DNA of 64,000 bases from Tubulanus polymorphus. Taxonomy: Eukaryota > Animalia > Nemertea. Below, one piece after another: positions 49,551 through 64,000 of this stretch; position 1 is the first letter of the stretch; every line of letters begins with the position of its first letter. The stretch spans positions 5,146,001 to 5,210,000 of the forward strand of contig NC_134031.1 of the NCBI RefSeq assembly GCF_964204645.1. The letters are read 5' to 3'. A program made the position numbers and the translations under genes. The notes beneath the pieces are model-generated. The model did no database searches. It saw only the letters and a list, made by a program, of their open reading frames with translations, and was not told the origin of the DNA.

Positions 49551-52500
49551 GTATAGCTATATAATGTATATGCTGTATCGAAAAACCCTTTTGTATATAC
49601 ATATATTTCCGATACACCTATTGTATTATGTTTCTATCGGTTGGTTCTGTTCGTGTTGGCGCGGCGGCGACATACCTGCAGCAATCGAAATAGTTTACTA
49701 TTTCACGTAGCCTCTCCCTCTTCATGTGTGGAACTATTTCGTACGGTTAATAGTTTTCTCGTAAGTGCTATTACAACATTACAATAATTACCAATTATCA
49801 CAAGTGCCCGTGTGCCACGTGACATGAACTGTTTAATATATCTATATTCTATTGATACTGAATAATGTATTAGAGCTGGTAACTTCGAAAATTGATAGTG
49901 AATACATAGGCCTGCTACTGGATGCGAGTGATAGCTATCACCGAAGCGCACATTTCATTCGACGCCATAGATTTTACGGTTCGTTATGATCTCTTTTTTT
50001 CGCATAGATTCGCCGTGCGTGATCAATCAAAATCTTCACGCATTCAGAGACGGATAAAAACAGTCCAACATACATAAGTTCTAGGTCCTGATTTTGAAAT
50101 TAGATATAACGATGTTTCAAAAGCGTATTCGGTTTTTGAGAAAGGCTTAACAATTCTATTGTCAACCCGTAATTCCCGAACGCTTCGGTGGTCAGTAAAA
50201 GGTTGACCCGTGTATGTCTTTTTTTCCTATCCATTTCAACTGCATTTCCATAACTTTATTTTCATTTTCTTTCTTCCCGATGGCTAATATATATGTTCTT
50301 GTAAATTGTCGTTAGCAAAAACTCTATGCGGAAATAGAACTCATCACACCATCATTGTGACGTCACATAGCTATGAATCGAGAAAAGCGCTTCGTGCGGA
50401 ACAGATAATGCTAATCCTGTAATTTCATCGTCATCTGAATGCGTTACAATGAGAAGAAGTTAATTACTTCCTCGTTAGAAAGACTTCGAAACGAAAATCG
50501 TGTGATAAACTTTCGTGAATGGCCGAAACAGTTCGCCAAAAATATTGAACATTCTTTCGTAAGAAATATTACGCTATCTATACTGTCCTACTTTAAGTAT
50601 AGGGCGTTTATAGTGTAGTTTATAGGATTTTTAATGATGAAATTACACAAGTAAAAAGTTCGGCGGAGAACTTTGTAATTAATGCGCTCAAGCTCATTAA
50701 TATTCAAAAACCGACAATTCATAATCGTATTGAAAACTGTATATCGCGAGAGATTCAATTCGATTCTGATGCATTAGGCGACGTAAGCGCAATTTAAATG
50801 GCGCTTTTAAAACGCGATATAAACCGTTTAATCCACTTAAATTTTGTATCGTTCATTGCTATCGACGCTGCATGGTCGGATCATATCGGGTTGTCGAGGG
50901 ATGGTTGGGAGATAATGGTTTTTTTATTGAAGTTGACACATGCACCGATGCCGCTCTAATGCAACCCCCGCTAATCGCGCGCCTAATAGCCTTTTATGAT
51001 TATGGCCCGTAATCAGGTTAATCCCGACCATCCGCCGAACAAATCAAATAAACATATAGCTGCAGAGCGAGTTATTTTGTTGAAAAACCATCACGAAAAA
51101 CAAAAAGCCATTCTCTAGTATGATATCGTATTCTAGTATTATTACTGGGTTGCCGCAGTATGTTCCGAGACTAGCAGCAGCTTACATGTGTGCGACAGCT
51201 TTTGATATTACTCGCAGCGTGGGGGTTCGAACCCCGCAAAAAGATTTAATATTTTCAAACTAAACCGTTTAAGTCTTACAACACTATCAGAACATAATAC
51301 GTTTCATTTATTTCTAACATTAAGATCTTCGTTATGTTTAGCTATTTATCTATTTATTTATTTCAGAAATGAATTTCAACATTGTGTACAACGTGACAAG
51401 TACAAAACTTGGGTTTCTGAAAAAGCAAGGCTTGTATAAACTGAAACCCTGAAAAGGAATACTAGATATATAAAATAGAGTGGTTGACTTATAGAGAACT
51501 ACTGTTCAAATATCAATGGGAATCGCTTAGACGCTTATTCTGAGCTTCAAATTATCAGAATTTTTATGGGCCCCAGACCCGTTCATTACCAACGAAATCT
51601 AAAAGGAACCCAACCGCTTATTCCTCGCGCTACGCATCGAATCGCACGATTCCTAAGTATCCAAGATGATGTGAAATACATTCAAGGAGTTCACGTGTTA
51701 ATTTAATTACCTGTTATACATTTCGCGTGTTTTGCCGAACAGCGAAAATATATACATGAATAAAAAATGACCGCGCAAATTTGTTTACGAGCTGATGGCG
51801 TTACCTTGTTATTGCTTCGCTCTCCTCACGTGGCAGAGCGCACGACGTCGTGGAAAATAAAGAATAAGTAACAAATGTTTTTTTTTTCTTCCGATATCGA
51901 AACCCTTTTATGAGACGCACGTACTGCAGTGCGTCAACGTGATACCCAAATTGACGTCAAACGCTATATTCGCTTTGGGAACGGCATTTTAAACTTGGAA
52001 AAAAACTTCGAAGTTTATTTACGCCTTGCAAAATAACATATAGGTCTATATCAAGTTACTACTCAACGACAGTGATGATATAACACGATAAATTAAACGG
52101 ATATGATACCAGGACTCACTAGCATCTGTGGTGTATGACGTGTCACTGTTAATCATGGGCGTTCCCAGAATTTCACTTTAAAAGGGCCAAATCCAACAGA
52201 TTCTTTCACGCACTACCCTTGGTTCATTGAATAAAAAAATTTGGAGCAGACTGCATAATCTATGAGGATAAAATATTTTTCTTTAGGGGCATACTTTAGG
52301 ACGCCTATGATAAACAGTTAGTTGGCCCGGACATTCATTATAGCTATATTTGGCGGTTAGTTAAACTACGCTGATTGCCATCAAATTCATTATCAAAAAG
52401 ACTGGAAAATTCATTTTAGAAAATAAGTAATGAAATTCAATTAATTAGAAAGCAAACGCCAACATACACGCAATCGTATTATTTTGAAACCCCAGTATTG

Positions 52501-53047
52501 ATTACGAAGTACACATCGACACAACCGCTAACCCTTACGCAAAGTTATTAACAATATGTAAAAAAAATTTACGGTTTTTACAAAAAAACTTACTTTAATT
52601 ATTGTTAAACACTAGGACAATAGTTATTGTTTTTTTCAATTCTATATCGTGGTACGTTCTGAAATACTCCGTATCTACGCACACAATATCGACGCGTTTT
52701 GAATATTATATCGACATTCAACTGCGGAATAATTGAAGTGTATCGTTTTTATATTGTGTTCCAACAGGTCGGCCGTATGCGTTATAAGTATATATGATGA
52801 TACAGTAGTGTATTAAGCTGGTGGTGCATGTTTTGCATAATGTCCAGCAACGCACCTGTCGCGTTACACTGGTCGCATATTGTCAAACCACATTTGTTTC
52901 CCAAAATATCATTTATCCATATCCGAAGGTCTGATGCATGTACAGGATCGATTTTAAGTCGAAATGATGCGCAATATCATCCGTGTAAGATGAATATACG
53001 AGAAAGATCCCACGCGTAAAGCTCTTAAGTAACATAGTATATAATTT

Positions 53048-53090
53048 GAGCGACGTTTCGGCTATGGATTATCAGCCATCATCAGGCGCA
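53048..53090 (-). ncRNA. Minimal type I hammerhead ribozyme motif
   Basis: Minus strand tgcgc-CTGATGA-tGGCTgataatccatAGCC-GAAAC-GTC-gctca. Confidence 0.6.
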
Positions 53091-56000
53091 CGGATACAGA
53101 ACTGATACAGATACTTTACATCTTTGGCTGGATTATTGTGGGATTTCTCGCGTATAGGATAGATTCCAATTCTACATCATGATACGTACCGAGAGTCCTC
53201 AATATTTGACCTAATACTAAGCGTTTGCCGCTTAATTGCCGGCAAAATGCAGTTAGGTTTTTTTTTAGTCTATTAGCTTCGTTGGATTTCATCCGAAGGA
53301 CATTTAGAAAATCACGCCCGTCAAAAGTATAACAGCATACACGTGAATATAGTTTATTCACACTCCGCTTAGATATATTCCGCCGTCTACGATAATTGTT
53401 TACTTTACCCCAGACGCAAGCAGTCGAGGTAATTGACACTCCCTTTTAACACGACTTGACTTGAAACGATTATGCAACTTCTCAAGTACTAAATGGCATT
53501 TAAACTAAATGGCGTTTAATTGCCTTCGTGAGACTCCAGTATAAAATGATTTCTAGTTTGGCGTTAAACGCATCTACTTACGAGCGTGAGAAGCAAGCTT
53601 CCATGGATCGGTAATCGCCAAACGAAAGTCTACCTGTAGCCACCATTTGGTAAATGGGATGGCTCTGATGGCTGTTATTTGGATATTCTTAGAGTCAAAC
53701 CTCTATTGGATACAACATGTACCATATACGAAAACATGTAGCATAGACAAGCGGACCGCAGCGATACTGTAACCAGTATTGTAACTGATTTCTTCCATCA
53801 GAACTTTGCAATATACAAGAGTTTTAAATACATGAGCGGAGTACACGTAGGAATAGCGACTTTAAAAGACTCTAAATTTGACTTAGACGGTGACTGCAAC
53901 ATAACAGATGATCGCATATTCGCATTAAAATTTGAACCTCTTCTATAAACTCCAGAGGTTCCAAGTACGGCACTTGACGAGTATAGGGTACTCAATTCTG
54001 GTTATCTTTTGTGGATAAATGACTTGATTTTCGTTGCAACAAATATAGCTGAATTGGATATGAGTGGTCGCCATTTTTTTCCCGGGTACGCCCAGGGTTA
54101 CCACGCTCTCGGGCATGGTTAGGCAAGTACTCGAAATTAAGTATGGATAAATCTATCAAGTACTATACTCCAAGCGGTACTCCGAATTGAGTATATTTCG
54201 ATAGATTCGCCTAGAATCACGGAGTCAAATTTCGAACCCGAAAACCAGCCTGCTGCCTGCCGAGAGCAGCCGACTATCATAATCAAATTTCACTGCGGCA
54301 TGATACTGACACAATAAATATAATGACGAGACAATATGATTTCGTGGCGAGTGCCATAAATTTTGATGATTATAAGTAGTTACGGTTGTCAGCACGTAAG
54401 AGATATCCAAATAAAGACGCGGTGCTCGTCAAATAGACTGGTCGCCGCGATTTAATCACGATGTTTGCTGAATTCCGACGGTTTACCTAAGCACGCATTT
54501 CAGCGCAATTAATTACCACAATGCACCGATATCAATCAACAAGCCCCGCCTATAAAATATGACATCAATTTTCTTTAAAACGACAAAACGTTTTTTTGTA
54601 TCGTCAACGTCGATATTTTCATTTTCAACATAATCGATTTGAATTCAACTTGGTTTTTGTATGTATGCATACAAATAACTGATACATTGAACAAAGTTCC
54701 TTCGTTGCATTATCTCATTCGAATGGAGATGGTAACAAAATTTATTTTTTGGGGTTTTTTTTCTTCCTTTTAATTTTTTTTCCTTTTTTAAAAAAGGCGT
54801 TTGGTGAATTGATTAATAGACTACTATTCGGGGATAAGGGAGATAAACATTTTTTCATTTGGAAATTTTAATTCGGACAAACTATAAATCGATGAAAAGG
54901 TATCTTCAACAGCCATTACTGGGATATACATCGATAGCGTCGATTGTGATTCTGTCTTATTGTACTTAACCCGTCAGGATTTATAAGTATATTGTTAAGA
55001 CTCACAATATGAAGGTTTTGTTGAAGCATGATATCTCGGTTCAAGCGATCTATCAACGAGTTTTAGAAATGAAATATACATTATTCTATTTCCAAACTTG
55101 TATAGTAATGTGTATTTCATCAAAATTCAAGTAACATCAAAAATTGAAGATGAATAAAGTACGTCCGTCATTGAAATATACGAAACATCCCTAAAACGAA
55201 TTTCATTTCAGAAGATTAGAATCTACAAACGTACGTATTGATCGCTTTAAAAAGACGACCAAATAATTGATGCAAAAATGCGAAAATCAAAATTCGTATA
55301 GTTCATTATCTTAAATTATTGAACAACCTCAGTCGAAATGCAGTTTGAATTCGAGAATTTTTAATCGCGCCTGCAACACTTCTTCCCGAACCCGATGAAA
55401 TTTGTCGCCAAATTGAATTGAATAATTTAGATTTCTGCCGACCGCCAGTTTGGATAAAAGGTTCGCAAACCATCCATTAACCCAGTAAAATTTTCTGTAG
55501 CAATTTGAAGAGCAGTTGATAAAATAATGGAAACTCGTTACGCCGAAACATTATCGATAATTTCTCCTAGCGTGTTTTTTTCCACAATGCCGATGCAGTC
55601 CTCGTCATACGAAAACATTTTAGACCGAACATAGACATTTTTCAACCGTCGGTTTATAAGGAAAGTTACGCCGAACGCCATCGTAGGTTTGGTCGGCTTG
55701 TTGCGACTACGATTGGTTCAAATTAGCCACGTGGTAGTCGGTGACGTCATCGTTTATCGATCGGACATCGAGCACGCGTCATCCGTGATAATGGAAATGA
55801 CAAGAAAAACCGCCACAGCATTTACTGATTAATAGAATTTTTTCGATGCGATATAGCTGATCCCAAGAGCCGTGAAAAGTACCAAAAAATAACAATAACA
55901 TAATAACAGGGATGTAGAAACTACTGGGATCTGTCGAGATGTCGAGTTCAATCATGGACTCGAGTCCACGGTTGAATAAATGAAAATGAAAAATCAGACT

Positions 56001-56253
56001 CGAACTGCCACATCTATCAAACTGAATTCTGGGCCCTGCTGTATAGATTTAGTATTGACTCTTAAGTTCGATAAGTTTATTTCTAAAGCCCATTAGGGTC
56101 GAATTTTAACCGGGAACCTTTGAACTGGGTCGTCGATATCAAGAACGACGATTAAATCATTTAATCAGAAGTCGGTTAACCAGCGATTATAAAACACGCA
56201 ATCATAGATTCGCACATTCAAAAACCGTCTGCTAGCCAATTCGATATCATCAT

Positions 56254-56362
56254 GACCCAGTTCCACAGTCGTGAGTTAGAGTTAGCGCTGAGTTAAAGTT
56301 AGTTCATTTTCAATGAGTTAACCCAGAGTCAAATCTTAACTCAGAACTGTGGAACTGGGCCC
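56254..56362. mobile_element. MITE family A, best-preserved copy
   Basis: gacccagttccacagt ... actgtggaactgggccc. Confidence 0.7.
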
Positions 56363-58862
56363 ATGTTGTTTTACCATTTCACGACTCATTTGCCCTTCTT
56401 TTATCACGGACAAAATACCGAGCGAAAACCTTTCATTTTTCGTTGCTCATCGCGGAGACGTCCAAAGGTGATCCTCGCGTCTGCACCTTTTAACTCGGCG
56501 TGTTTCCGTCTGGTTTGTCGACGTAGTGATGATAAGAAGTCTACGCGACAAGGAAATTAACCGCAGTAAATCAAATATACACACCTAAAAACGATATCAA
56601 ATGTTTCTCGGAATCGTTCGCATCTCAGCCGAAAAAGGCGCCGAATCCATCGCGCGCCAAGTCGTTCGGATCGCGAAGTACGAACCCCGAGACGCAATTT
56701 CCGTAAATCATGCTTTTTGCAGAAAAATGACACGGAACTCGTTTATTATCGCAGGTAGTCGCGGTGACCAGACCTATTTTCTCGTATCGCGTTACACGCG
56801 CGACATATTGTTTATCCCTCGTTTGCTTTACGAAGTAAAATTTCAACACTGGGATCCGGTTTCGTGAAAAAGTTTAAGCTGGAATCGCTGTAAAAAACTA
56901 ACAAGAAAACTTACTTGAAAGTTTGTAGACGCTTTTTTTTATTTGAGTCAAGTTCGTGTCAGCCAGAACAAACACGTCTTAATGTACCTAAGTAAATAAA
57001 GCAATATATACACTATCTGTCTCTTAATGAAGATTAATGGTCAATAACTATAATTCGATAATAGGAAAAATAAACGTCACTCTTCATATTTATATTTGGA
57101 AATTCTAAATATCAACTGGAAGGGCTAATTGATAATAGCACGAACTTGGGAACGCAATCAGACCCCGAAGCAAAGTTTGGTTTAGACTTATCTATAGCGC
57201 ATATATGCGAACTCATTTCCTACGAGAAAGGATTCAATTCCACAAAAAATGTAACCGAGACGTAGTGTGTACGGTTTTACCCTTCGAACGTCCAAAACAT
57301 TTTTTACCCAGGAAAATGATGATTTTTACTCGTAGAAACCTTTGATGTCATCGGGTGTGAGTAAAGTACTGTGGGATTTTTTCTTCCAAATCGACGAACT
57401 GACAACGGACAAAAAGACATCAATGCTTTGCATTTCAGCGCTTCTGTCACAGGCTATGAAATATTCAAAATGCGCCATTTACCAACATCAACGACACAGT
57501 GAGTCGACCTTTAGCTACTTTGCCGAACGCGTTTCTGAATACTGATTTTAGCGCACCTTCGTTCGGTTTTCCTCTGGTCTTTCATCGTTTTAAAGAGAAA
57601 AGGCTGTACTATTGTATCGCGTTATTCAGAATGTATTTGCTTCTGTATGTAAACGGAACCCCGGAGATTATGCCACGAAAAATAAATATATTTTTTTCGT
57701 GGCCACAGAAAATCATATTTGTTTCACACCATGTCACCTCCGGGGCCTCGTTTGTATGGTATATTATGTGCGAAAAGTATATTTTGGTGAACGATAGATT
57801 ACTTATATACTTCCAGATGAATTTGGATGTTTTTCCTATCGTTCATTCAACGCAGCCACTCATCCTTCCGAACTAAAATAATATGAACTGTTAAATACCT
57901 AGATATGTTGAAATGATATGTAAATGAGTTGTTTTATATTGAATGTATCTATTGTATTTATTTGCTATACCATTATATGATAATCATTGTCAGGATGAAA
58001 TATAAAGGTATCTATCCATCTTATCTATCGTTATATCGACGGGTTCTAAGCTCGAACAAGAACGGATTCGAGCCCGCACGAAACCTGGATTAACGGCACC
58101 AGTAGGCCTACATGTATACGATCGATGCTTAACAACCGCATGATGATTCAAATCTAGCGGGGCCATGTCTAGAACGATATTTTCACCGTTATCTAAGCGT
58201 ATCCGCGTAGGGCAGCTCCGACAAATTCGCGAGGGGTTCGTACCTGATTGGTTATTCGAACCGCAGAAGATAAATCGTCAAACGTGACGAGTAAACGAAA
58301 ATAGAGCCGTTTTGGAAAAGTTCACGACGACAGAATCATCTTTATTGACGTACAAATGCCAGCAATTATTGGCTGGTGTATCGAATTTGCTTTTACGTCG
58401 ATAAGTATCGGTTCATCTATTCACGGCACTAAATAATGAGGCAACCTAACGACTTAACGGCGCTGTTGCGTTGTAAACCGAGTCTCCGGTGTATACAGAA
58501 TTTCAGAAGTTGACACATCGTTGTAGAGACTCATTATAATCGAACGATTAACGCCTTGCCAGCAACGGGCGTATCCTATCTGCGTCGGACAATTTCTAGT
58601 TAATCGAAGTCGCCGTCGACGTTTCGTCGAACGACTTTGACATTTCATTAAAGTTTCATTAGTATCGTGTTATCGCAATTAATTGAACTTAAGCTATACC
58701 GCGAAACAACTAACCAGGTTGCGCAGTCAAACGCCAATCTTTTTAGGTTTAAGAGATTTATTAACTTCGATATCGACTTCGACTTCCTCGATGACATGAA
58801 ACTGGGAATTATTGTGGAAACTATGTGTGGGTGTTCTTTTTGAAATTATAACCTAGATTTTA

Positions 58863-59006
58863 AGCCCAACGCACACGACGCAAGGAACAGGAGACAGAAA
58901 CGTGTTTCAGAGCGTTTCCCCGGAACATGGTTTCTGGAAACAACGTTTCCGTGATCAAGCATGTTTGATTGTGTGTTTCAATGTTTTCCTGATTCCCCAT
59001 GTCGTG
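58863..59006. mobile_element. MITE family B partial copy
   Basis: taagcccaacgcacacgacgca left end, right end truncated. Confidence 0.65.
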
Positions 59007-62000
59007 TCTATACGCGAAATATCGTTGTTAAACTTCGGATGAACAAAGTGCGGACATCGATATCAAAATCAATCGAATTTACTTCAAAAATTGATATACC
59101 TTAATTTAACACTAACAGACGTTGCCGCAATTGCACCCAACGGCCGGATAATGGCGGCGGCATTTCGCCCACATGGCCAACAACAACCTCTTGCACGTAA
59201 TACGATAAACGCGAATAAGGGGAGTCGCCTTCAGTGATAATATAGTCTCGAGAGGGGAGAGTAGCAAGGCGCGATATGATCTGAATCCATTTACGCGCAC
59301 GCAGACACACTCACAGCGCTACAACGCTATACTAATGCGAGCAATAAACAATAAACAATAAAACACATATCTGTAAAACCATCAGCATTTATTGAATTAG
59401 GCTGATCTGTTCGCAGTCAAATTATTCTTACTATCAGATGGTACCACAACTCGGATAAAGGCCCGGCACACGTCCCGAATTGCTTTGAAAGTTGTTCTCA
59501 AAACGTGCCGACTGGAGGTGACGCGAAATCATCAATATATCGTTCAGTTTTATAGCTGTATCGTCAAGAGTCCGGTAATGACCGTTGCATCGTCGTAATA
59601 AGCAATGTTTCCAAGGACCCGTTTCAGAGAACGACTTAACATTCGATCAGTAACAACAGTGTTTTCTAGATGTAACTAATGAAACTTAGCCTACAGGCCA
59701 CATACTTGGGCGCAGCCAACTTTGCCCGGCTTTCTAGCCTTTATCATCGCATATATCATTTAGCAATCTTTTACTGATAGAAAGACAATGAATACAGATT
59801 TTGGAACATGTACAGATAAATAGAAAGATACGACGAACAGTACACATTTACACGTATATACATTGAAGTTATCCAATAAACAAAGGTATTTCAATATGCA
59901 AAATAGACAGCTACGCCTGTACCGGTAAGTGTACTTACAGATGCTTATGCGATGCTTCCCTTTTCGTGGAGAGTTTGCAAATGAAGTCAATCTGAATTTA
60001 CAAGATATAGAATGTATATATGGATAATTTAGAATTTGTTAAACTTTGTAATTAACGCATATGACGTCACGGTAGCTTCAAATCACCCAGGAGAACTTGC
60101 GAGACTTAAAGGTATTAGGAATGCGCATGGAAATCCCACCTGATCCGAACTTTACTAAGACGAGTTCATGAAGGCAATTCAGACACTCGTCCTCGGGTTA
60201 ATGAACACGTCATACGTGGCGAAAGCTAATCATGTCCCACACGGTTCGGGTGATGATACCACCGAGGTCGGGCACGGACAAATGAATCTTCATAAGACGT
60301 GCTGAACATACATACCCCCGAGGGAAGTGCTCACTGATAGGGTATAGACACGTGATTCTGACCCGAACATGATAAGGATATCAGTTTCGCTTTGAAAGTT
60401 ACGAATTCGAACTAATCCGGTAAACTAACTCGGAAGACATGAGAGTAAGTTAAGAATGGATTGAAAATACCAGAAAACGAAAAGGGCAATGCGAACGCCA
60501 TTTTAAAAACACTATCCACATCGGCATTACTAAAGCGGGCTTACTAAGCGCCGAATCACGGGTGAACGCAACCACGAATCCGATGAAATGCCTCAAAAAT
60601 AAAGATTCTATTATCGACTCGATGTTTCGGTATGTTTAGACGCTCACAGACGTGTGCGAAAATACGAAACGAAAAATCCCGTTTGCATTTATCTTTTCCG
60701 CTAAAACCGAAACAAGCGAAGACAACAAAAACGCATAAAAATAGGTTATCTGCAGGTTGGGAACTAATCACTCGACTGCCGTGTGTGTCCGGTTAAACAG
60801 CCGAATTTTACTGAGGGCCATTTGAATGATTTTGCCGTTCCATATCCCAATGACGTGCAGCGTGTCACATCTGCATAACATACCGTGGACTGCGATGTTT
60901 AATTCGTCATGTCGAATAACGTATATACAGCCAGATGAATCCTCGGGGATTTAGCGGTTTCGTGTTAGAAAATTATCGAAAGTAGGGATGACCGTGTGCG
61001 GGCGCGTATTACGAACTAGTGCGGTATAAAAACTTAATGATTTCATACCGATCTCATTGTCACGTCTCCTATCGCCTTGGGAACTCGTTTATGGATTTTC
61101 TTTCAATTTTGTTCGCTGATAAGTGATGATCTTTGTTTATTAATGCCTTTTGATGATGAAGTTCGTTACTCATTTATTTATGTTCGTTACTCGAGGGCCG
61201 TACGCGGATCAAGGAAAATTGGCGGTATATTCAATTCAATCATTGTTCTCTTTGGCGTTTTTCGTAAGACCGGCTTCAAGAAGAGGTAACCGTATGCGAT
61301 GTTGAGCTATATACGACGCAACGGATAACGAAGCAACTGAGAAGAAAAACTGACCGTATAACCCGACCGTGCTTTGATATTGACGGCCTATCATAAGCAC
61401 AATTATCACGCCGACCGACTGGGTCGTATTTTCCTAACGAAATATGAAAATATACATTATCTATATTATCATAACTCTTCAAAATATCCATATTCCCCAG
61501 CGGGACCCCGATCCGGCCGGCCAAGCTTTCCCTATGTTACATCAACGATTCACCCTCTTTTGGATCAATTGAAGCAATGATAGGTGTAAACTGTTTACAT
61601 TTCTATAACCAAGATGAACGAAGCTGCGAAGAAACAGATAATTCTAAATTTGAGTATTATCTTAGATCTTCTTCCAAACTCCATATATGGTCATAAACGA
61701 CGATCGCCTTCGCACTTCACGCGTCTTCACTGGCACCTGATGAGCCTGGCACCACCCGATAGACCCCGGAGACACACTTCCCCCTGAGACGGAATCCGGT
61801 AATAGCGCGCTGTTTGTCAACCATCAGTGATTGACCTTTTAAGACCGGTCGGCTGGTATTTAGAAATGACATCGATAATGTGGCGTCGTTGATTCTGTAG
61901 CACGGTTTTTGCAGGAAAGTCGACTCGTTGAATCGCAGTGTAATGGTTAATCGATACGATTTGAGATAATCCTATTTGTTTGTCGATCAGGCATGTTTCC

Positions 62001-62656
62001 GCGCTCGACACACGGTAACCAACGCGAACGCGGCTCAGATCAAAAACGCATACGATCTCGTAATTTCAGCCGCGTTCAGTATAGTAGCACTCTGATGAAT
62101 TGAAATAGTCTATTGCTTAAAAACCCGAACCTATTGAAGACCGATTTTACCTTAGACCCCAAGGCCCATTCATCATATTGATCATGAAATAGGGAATATT
62201 ACCCCTCTTATTTATTCGGTTGACTGATTTTGATTCGATTTCATTTGAATTGGGTATCCCTTACAAGCCCACCACACCTGCCGCGATCGAAACAGGCGGG
62301 GTTTGATTTCAACCGACGGAGTTAAAACCGGATTTGAATCGAAACAGGTCCAAAATCTTGACACGAAAAAATCAATTCGAACACAGATGCTCAATCCCCT
62401 CAATTCGCGATGAAGTAGATACATACCGCTTAATCCGACCCCACGTACATATATAAACAAAAACCTGCTTCTTTCCTTGGTAGTTAGGCTACAACTAGTG
62501 GGCCAAGGCCCATTTGCAAAGAAGACGCAATTTATATAGTAAATTCAATGTGCATGAATGCTGCGCATTACATAGCAACCGGCCGGCTGTAATGTTGTCA
62601 GATGATGTATAAAACTATATACGTGAATATAAAAAAAACATGTCCTCTCAACTCAC

Positions 62657-62773
62657 CTGATATTGCAGTCACTTGCACGAGTGTCATGAATAGCGTGGAT
62701 GTCGAAACGTAAGTGCCGCTATACGCGTGACGTCACCATCAACGAGTAACGCTTACGCGAGCACGTGACGTCA
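62657..62773 (-). promoter_or_regulatory. Candidate promoter/non-coding first exon of the 36-47 kb M13 gene
   Basis: Strong minus-strand donor CAG|GTGAGT at 62657/62656; two TGACGTCA (62728, 62766) and CACGTG (62762); the ATG exon has an acceptor at 47716 so an upstream exon is expected. Confidence 0.3.
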
Positions 62774-64000
62774 TATTCGTCGTCGTTTCGATAAGGATGT
62801 CCCGACCAGACGGACGAATAGGGCACAGACAACGAACTGCGCCGTGAAGATGTTTTCTACAGTGGCGCTCGGGTATACTCGTGTTTACCTCGTTCGGAGC
62901 TATTCATTTACGCACCTTTTTCATACGTGCAGCAATATCGCATCCGGTGTAACTAAAGACGTGCTATTTTCCCAGTCTTGGCGTTTTTCTCCGTCGTCGT
63001 CGTCGCCGTACACGCAACGCCTTACCAACGCCGACAGCGTGTGAACGTAAAGTTTATTGTCATCTGGCGTTGATGGAGCTGTTATAGCGTACGATGACAA
63101 CGTCGTCGGTTTTAATGACGCCCGGGTAATAAATACATTACGACGCCGGATCGACTAGAGCAGGACAGCGCGCTGCCACCGCAGAGCTTCGTCGTCGTCG
63201 GCGGCGGTGGTGGTGGTAATTTCGCTAATCTATTTCGCAGTCGTAATGTAGATACGGTTATGATCGGCTGTAACATAGCTGCGACACGTACGCGTTCCAT
63301 TCCGTGTAATTTCGTGCTAATCTAATCGCCGAAGTCACATCTTCGCGTCGACGTTTTTCGAGGCCGCGAGTGCAATATCACCGAGAACGAAAGATCGGCC
63401 CAAAAATGGAAATTTATCGCTTATATAGTAGTTGCGCTGCCTGGTGTAAAAATGATATATATTAGATTTGCTGCGTGGATGACATTGTCGTTGTTGAACA
63501 CGCTTATGATTTACAAATAGAGAAATTATCAACCAAATTTATCGCTGAAAAGTCGCTCAAAAGTGTTTTCAGGACGTTAGAGTATCAGCGAATATATATT
63601 CTTTTCTAGAAAAACTAAATATCAAAGTACTAGGCGAACGAAGGCTTCACAGAAAATATGGCATCTTTATTATTCTATTAGCTAACTTTGCAAATGTCAT
63701 GTCGATCATAGAAAATCTAATATCTTCACTTTCTTCACGTGGTATCTGTTGTACGTCATCGTAAATGTAATTTTGCCTATTTTGTCACGAGATTCTGAGT
63801 GTTGAAGGATGGAAGCCCCGCAGGATAGATACGCGTATACCCAACCTGTATCGATAATAATCCTCTTCAAAATGGCAAAGATAATTTAGTATGAAAGCGT
63901 CCTACTGGGGACATGTTCATAAAAAAAGATTTCGAACATTTCGAAGCCGGAATGACGTAGTTTTCTCAGTTAAAGCCAATTTTGAGGCTTATTCCGACCA

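Noticed and set aside
51220-51240. GGTTCGAACCC B-box as a tRNA gene
   Set aside because: No A box or cloverleaf; at best a SINE relic.
51711-51745. Minus-strand CSAKHAKCIT followed by a donor, as the missing neprilysin CxxxxC exon
   Set aside because: Cys spacing and distance to the junction do not fit, no good acceptor or TM segment.

Overview
Eukaryotic (animal, most likely marine invertebrate/lophotrochozoan-like; inference) intron-rich DNA. The ORF track is mostly exon fragments; I rebuilt genes by hand from GT-AG boundaries and exon phases. Left to right: (1) last two exons of spermidine synthase (+); (2) a neprilysin-like M13 metallopeptidase (-, 1911-9560) with two homologous 162-nt exons that look mutually exclusive, and with no N-terminal/TM exons that I could find; (3) a ~1.6 kb foldback-type element (10403-12043) whose long inverted arms are arrays of a palindromic, CpG-rich 154-bp unit; (4) a DUR3-like urea/solute symporter (+, 12524-24307), also lacking its first TM exon, with a Cys8/His insert and a 2-nt frameshift; (5) a single arm of the same element (25027-25976), a TTAGGGTTAGG filler and a ~5.9 kb near-identical tandem duplicate of the DUR3 3' half in which the frameshifted exon is intact; (6) a 5-exon, 164-aa secreted orphan protein (+, 32413-34047); (7) a complete, divergent 773-aa M13 peptidase (-, 36264-47598); (8) ~16 kb of non-coding DNA with MITEs and a (TA)n tract. 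Several minimal Penelope-type hammerhead ribozyme motifs and Harbinger/mariner-like MITEs are dispersed. Best candidates for novelty: the switchable substrate-pocket exon of the neprilysin, the foldback-satellite element at rearrangement breakpoints that behead/duplicate neighbouring genes, and the orphan secreted protein. Assembly artefact must be excluded for the rearrangement.
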